This document shows positions 46,801-52,204 of a stretch of DNA of 52,204 nt, piece by piece. The notes below the pieces were generated by a model, which saw nothing but the letters and a program-made list of their open reading frames with translations, was not told the origin of the DNA and made no database searches. Numbering within the stretch: position 1 is the stretch's first letter; every line of letters begins with the position of its first letter. Origin of the DNA: Craspedostauros australis (Eukaryota); NCBI GenBank assembly GCA_030167865.1, contig JALAGF010000169.1, positions 1-52,204 of the forward strand. The letters run 5' to 3'. The position numbers were made by a program, and so were the translations under genes.

Positions 46801-47177
46801 ACGATGGTGGCATTTCTCAATCCAGGAGACAGACAATCGGCTGCTCCGGATGGTGTCGGATGCGTCCGGTGGTGGTGCCCAACTGCTTGGCCATGGCGGT
46901 TGGCGTTTCAGCCTGCAACAGCATGGGCGGCAACAGCGAGAGCACCCGCGACGGTAACGACGTCGCGCGCCGTGGCGGAGATCAGCATCGAAGGATTCGG
47001 ATCTTTTGTACCACGAGTCGTACGAATCTACACGAATTGTCCCCGCAAAACCAAAAATGGAACCCAACGAGGCGAATGAGGCATTGCTTTTGCGCATTGT
47101 CGTCATCGTCGCCGTCGCGGTCATGATCAACTTACGTTGAGGGCCTCCCTGAAGAGCAAGGGGACCTGTGCCGCCAT
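40858..47177 (-). CDS. CHC: Clathrin heavy chain, ~1729 aa. Exon 1 47177-47136 (MAAQVPLLFREALN), intron 47135-46006 (1130 nt), exon 2 46005-40858.
   Basis: Beta-propeller (TMESDKWIVC, AEAAIMNP) and CHC repeats (WLKEDKL, DPRPLIHVCDRFDFV, RNRLRLLQPWLE, LQNLLILTAI, HELLEFRRI, MPYFIQ). Phase-0 intron GTAAGT..CAG. Confidence 0.98.
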
Positions 47178-49428
47178 GGTGCCTGTATTTCTTGTTCGTT
47201 ACTTCTGCTGGGGGTTGGTTTGTGATTGTCTCGTGCACGATCGGCTCGGGTGGGGGGAAGCGGCGGAGGATGTGACTTCGCCAACTTGTTGTGTTTGTTG
47301 TGGTCGAGCCGCTGCGGAGCTTTGTTTTTTCGCCCCTGTTGGTGTTGTTGTTGTTGTGCTCGCCGTTCCGTTCTTGGCACAGAGACGAAGTTCGCGTCTC
47401 CACCTCTTTCCTCTTGCTTCGCTGCGCCCATCTGTCGCGTCGTGACGACAACAACGACCACGACAACAACAATGTCCGAGCAATGCTTCGCTCATCGTGG
47501 GGCTGCGCGAAGGATCAACACGACAGGCACAAACCACGTGCTTTCCAAAGTTGATCCCAGAAATCCAAAAATTCTCGCAAATGGGTCCGTTGGGCGCAAA
47601 TTGTCAAACTGGGTCTCCCCAGCGCTAGTTCGAACGAAATCAGAAGCCGTAACACAATATTTCAAGATTAGATGGGGATAGCCATGTTGCTTCCGAAACA
47701 CGACTCGAATCCAAGAAAAGCAATGAAATTGGTCGTGTTGTTTTCTCTCTTGGGAGTACATCGAGGAAGCTAGAGAATATGCTTGCTCCTGTTCCTGGTC
47801 GAGTTGCCCTGGCTCCAAGCGTGGTATCAACAGGATCTGCGAATCCATGAAGCATCTGTTGATCCGGTCTGCACAAAAGCTGATGAGCTCCCTCCATCTT
47901 TCTGAACAAGATGTTTGCAACATCGTTGGTCGGCGTTGACTGTCGGCCTTGGCGGAGTATTGCTCATGAGCAGCAAACCAAGACTCGGCCATGTGACTGT
48001 CTGTTCGTGTCGAGTTTCGTTTCCATTCACAAAGGTGATGTGGTTCGTCTGGGTCGAATGCCTGGCGCAGACAATGGGAGAAACGACGAAGAAGGAAGAC
48101 AAAGGAGAGTAGGTCGTGGGGCACTGATGGTCGAGTTGTGAATGGTGTCTAGACTGGCTAGAGTATAGTACCACACATGCAATGCGAAAGCGTGCTACAG
48201 CAACAGCAATGAACGGAGACCTCATTCCATGATACTCGACGAGCAACGTGGACAGCCCATTGAGTTGCACCAACCAAATTGCAATGATCTGTAGCATACG
48301 GCAAGGCCCCTCCGCAATCAGTGTCTGATAGAAAGGTCGAGAAGATCAACCTGTCGCCCACCCAGAGACGAATCGAAAGATGGGGAGAGATCGGAATCAC
48401 CAATCCAAAGATACCACGAGATCACAAACAACAAAGAGACATCAGAGGAGACTCAGCTTGCTTTCGTTTTCAGAGAGATAACATTATCTGTAGTGGAGCA
48501 CTCTGCTGTGTCGCATTGCTACGTAGGCGCTGCAGACGCCGTCGCTGTACCTACTATGGTGGGAGACCTAACATGTGGAATGTGACTAAGTGGAATCCTG
48601 GGTGATTTGTGAATCAACAGCCAAAATAGCTATCTCACAAGTGCACTGAGCATCCATCCTTCAGACATGGTGATTTCCGCTGATTCATCGGACGACTCCC
48701 AGACTGGATCCGATTAGTACGAGTGAATTACACCTTACGCGTCTACTTCGTGCAACCGACAGAACCAACACAAGACGCAGACGAATCGAAACCAGCCAAC
48801 ACCGCCAGGAACGCCCATGGACTCCGCCGCGCTCCATCTCCGGCACCAAGAAAGAACGACCTTCTGGCGACTCGAAAGGGACAACATCGAACGCAGGTGA
48901 GGATGTCCCCAGGCGCCGTTGACCATGGCAACCACGACGATGGCGACGATGGTGAATCGATGAAAGGCGAAGAAATGGAGGTCAACGTTGGGTGCGGTGG
49001 ACGAAGCAACAACGACAATTGGAGGAGACGGATTGCGCGTGATCTCCACACGGTGTCAGCTCGGGAACATCTTCCACGAGATGTTCACGAACAGCCGCCC
49101 ACGATGGCGTTATCGACATGAAATGATGGAGAGCACGTTGAAGGCAGGGAAACTGCTCTGCACAATTCAAGTGCTGCGTTCATGATGGCATGAATGCCCC
49201 CGAGATACCATCCAGATGATGTTCTTCTGACGATTCATTTCCGATTTCATTTTGCCTGTTTTGCTTGTGGCGTTCCTCCTTCACCACATCCGCTGCGGTA
49301 ACAACCGCACCCACACAACAACAAAAACGCCAAACAAATGGAAAATGCCCCCATCGCTTGTATCTGCAGCCGTCCACACCGCCCGATCAGTTCAGTTCAC
49401 GTATTCAATTCATCGATAATATCACAAG

Positions 49429-49713
49429 ATGGGAAAGCGCACCAAGAAGGTCGGAATCACAGGAAAGTACGGAACCCGATATGGTTCCACTCTCCGTAAG
49501 CTCGTCCGAAAGATTGAGGTTTCGCAGCACTCCACATACAGATGCGTCTTTTGCGGTAAGAACACCGTGAAGCGCGAATCTGCTGGAATCTGGAAGTGCC
49601 GATCTTGCAAGAAGGTTGTCGCCGGTGGTGCATACACGCTTTCCACAGCCAGTGCCGTGACCGTCCGCTCCACAATCGGACGTCTTCGAAGACTGGCTGA
49701 TGAGTCGGCCTAA
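49429..49713 (+). CDS. RPL37A: 60S ribosomal protein L37a (eL43), 94 aa
   Basis: [20 protein letters not shown]-x2-C...WKC-x2-C zinc ribbon, VAGGAY. Confidence 0.97.
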   Translation: MGKRTKKVGITGKYGTRYGSTLRKLVRKIEVSQHSTYRCVFCGKNTVKRESAGIWKCRSCKKVVAGGAYTLSTASAVTVRSTIGRLRRLADESA

Positions 49714-52204
49714 GGTATTTATCTTGCAACAAGTAAAGTAAATCGAAGTCAAAGCACGAAAGACAGATTAACCATGGATCCTGATGAGTTTCTCTTGTAT
49801 GGCATGGTGTTTTCATCACAGACAAACGTGAGCGCTTGGAACTTCGAGGCGCTGATGTCCCTCCTTGTGCCAACCACGATGACATGGGGTGCAGTCTCCA
49901 TCACGCAAGGTGTTCGATTGGTCTCGCGCAACCTTTTGCTCTTGGTGTTCACGACTGTGGCGCACGATGCGCAGTGATGAGATTGCAACGCACAACCGAA
50001 ACATCGCACGCGCCTACCGCAATGGATTGAATGTGGAGTACTATGTGACACACGTATGGTACTTCATGTTACCATCTGCTATATTATATTCTATAATATT
50101 GTATGTTACAATCAATCTTTCAACATCTGCCTCGACACTCATCATGTGCGTGTGCTTGATGGATTGAGCCCTTTGTGGCCTCGATGCGCATCCAATCACA
50201 AGAGCATTGAATGTCTCTTCTCCACCATTTTCGAACTCGACGTACAACATCATTCTTCGTTCCGGTGATCACGCTGAAGGATCGTGATGATATAGTATGT
50301 TGTCACAGTATCGCTGGCGATGTTGCCTCTGTTTGATATACTTGGAGCCCTCGCTTGGCAACCGGAAGATGCTTGGATCTTCTCGTTATCTATCGCCGTA
50401 CTCGTATTGGTGGAGCAGTGATGCCTGTGAGCATCATCGCGACATCTCACCAACACACAATCAAATAAACGCAGCTTCCGCTTGGCCCGCAGGCGAACGA
50501 TGAATTCGGTGATATCCATAGAGACGCTGCTGTTGTTCTTGAGAAAGATGTCTTCATCACGGTGCGTGGTTGGCCCATGATCCAGCCACCTTTTGATGAT
50601 CGATCCCGACGAAATGATGCAGCACATGGCAGGAATACGATGGTGTTGCTTCCCGTTCTGCTCTGCCGCTGTTGCAAAAATATACATGCATTCATTACTA
50701 TTGAGAGACCTGCGTGCAAACAAGCCTCCAGCTCTCCCATGAAACAACACTTGGCCTATTTCCGAGAGCAGCACGTTGGCATCAACGCAACGCCCAGCCG
50801 ATCCTTGCTTCACCTTTGTTGCACGATAATCACACTCTGGTGCGTTTTGTGACGCGCTGCTGTCCTTTTCCTTTCTTCTCCTTTCCTTTGCGCCGCACCG
50901 CGCTCATGCGAAATCATATTGATGGGACACAGCATCGACCGCAACAAGTGCACAGCACGGACTGCGTATTCCCCGACAGCAATCAAAAGGACGACTGTGA
51001 TGACGATACCATTGTACAGAATGGCTGGAAGAAATGGCCACTTTTTCAGCATTCCTCCTCAAGAGCATGTTGCCCATGTAAAGTGTCAACATTTGCCGGA
51101 CCATCGTTCGTGGTGCATGGGCACGGGTATGTGGTTGAAGAGTTGCCTGACTGAGAATGATCTGAATGCGCGTGGCGAAAGAACTCGCAAAATGTGAGCA
51201 CGAAGAAGAGGAACTTTTGGCGCCATTTTTTTCCGAGTGAGGCAAGCATTCCTCTGTTCGTGGCCCGCGTGATGACCGAAGGAAGCGGAAACTCTCATGT
51301 GCCTCGCTCCTCTCTTCTCTGCCACCGCAGCCTGCTGTGCAGCAATGGCCTAGTCCAGGTTGAGGACATGTGCGGCGCCATGTGAGGATGAGAATCCTCC
51401 TCCACTGCCCTAACCACACATGGAGATTATCAGACTACAATTCTATGATCAATGACAACAGTCGTGCTGACAACTTACCACAACAAGGATAGCTCGGAGA
51501 GTATAGTCGGGGTGGTGACAATCATTGGCCAATCTTGTAAGAATTGCTGATACGACTGAACAACATCCAAGTGGGATGGAGGAGTCGGAGTCTGCCCACG
51601 CCACCGACCATGACAGAGAAGTACTTTGCAGCTCTTCGACGAAAGCCCAAAGCCCACCAAAGCTTAGATCAACTATTCTATTATAGAATATTCCTCTGTT
51701 CCGAAATGATTTCCACTTATCTATTTTATCATCGGTTCGACACCGTGTCGTGATGGCCGACTTTGGGAGCTGCGGGAGACCAATTTTCCAGTCGCCTCCC
51801 ACCCTGGTCTGACGCATCCTTGTTGACCTTTGGTACCCATCGCAGTATCATCAATAGCTGATGTAGTTGATGTACCACTATATGTAGATACCAATCAAAC
51901 CGTACCATAATAACAGAGGACAGCATCTCCACATTTAGACTGCTTGTCCGGCGCCATGCCTCCACGTTTCTGTCACTGAAACACTGTGCAAGATTTGGTT
52001 CGTGTGCTTTCACTTGTTCGAGTATTTGGAAGGTTAATTCTGATCGTGACATCACTCTCTGTTCCGTAAGTCCAAACCGTCCTCCAGTTCCACAGACGAA
52101 ATAGAACACTTTGCAACATGCAAAGAACGACGCAATGACAAAATTACGAAACATCGATTTTCTATTTGACATTTTATTTGTGTTCACAAGTACACAATCG
52201 ATAT

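Noticed and set aside
46141-47472. 312-aa and 344-aa ORFs in or over the clathrin intron as a nested gene or transposon
   Set aside because: No domain, no codon bias, and no terminal repeats or target-site duplication seen.
49429-49713. Intronless RPL37A as a retrocopy or pseudogene
   Set aside because: The ORF and zinc ligands are intact, there is no poly(A) remnant, and codon use is compatible with an expressed gene. A possible 5'UTR intron from 48897 is unproven.
49697-49790. Two CTGATGAG motifs suggesting a hammerhead ribozyme
   Set aside because: No stem II followed by GAAA and no closing stems; the first copy is simply RPL37A codons (ADE).

Overview
Eukaryotic nuclear DNA, most likely a diatom or related alga with a secondary red plastid. 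Evidence: GT-AG introns, a nucleus-encoded sigma-70 factor with a signal peptide plus Phe (ASAFAP-type) presequence, and an actin beginning MSDDEDIAALVIDNGSGMCK...GRARQP. I rebuilt 14 protein-coding genes by hand splicing: actin (5' part only), an RGG/CCCH/WD40 protein, an SDS22-like LRR protein, Rab2, a ~1521-aa coiled-coil/PDZ protein, a ~344-aa orphan with a SHOCT-like tail, a 3-exon Ska-like kinetochore protein, a 1705-aa coiled-coil protein, a choline-transporter-like (SLC44/PNS1) protein, two tandem D-2-hydroxyacid dehydrogenases, a plastid sigma factor, a signal-peptide protein that looks like a GTPase-dead RHD3/Sey1 derivative, and clathrin heavy chain. Ribosomal protein eL43 (RPL37A) is a fifteenth, intronless gene. 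I could not support any tRNA, rRNA, CRISPR array or intact transposon. Best leads: (1) a luminal or periplastid RHD3/Sey1-like pseudo-GTPase with no P-loop and no transmembrane hairpin; (2) tandem dehydrogenase paralogues with apparently different organelle presequences (plastid vs mitochondrion); (3) a 216-nt in-frame, stop-free intron between regions 2 and 3 of the plastid sigma factor; (4) the Ska-like gene, which the ORF track splits into fragments. All family calls come from motifs and sequences recalled from memory; no searches were run.
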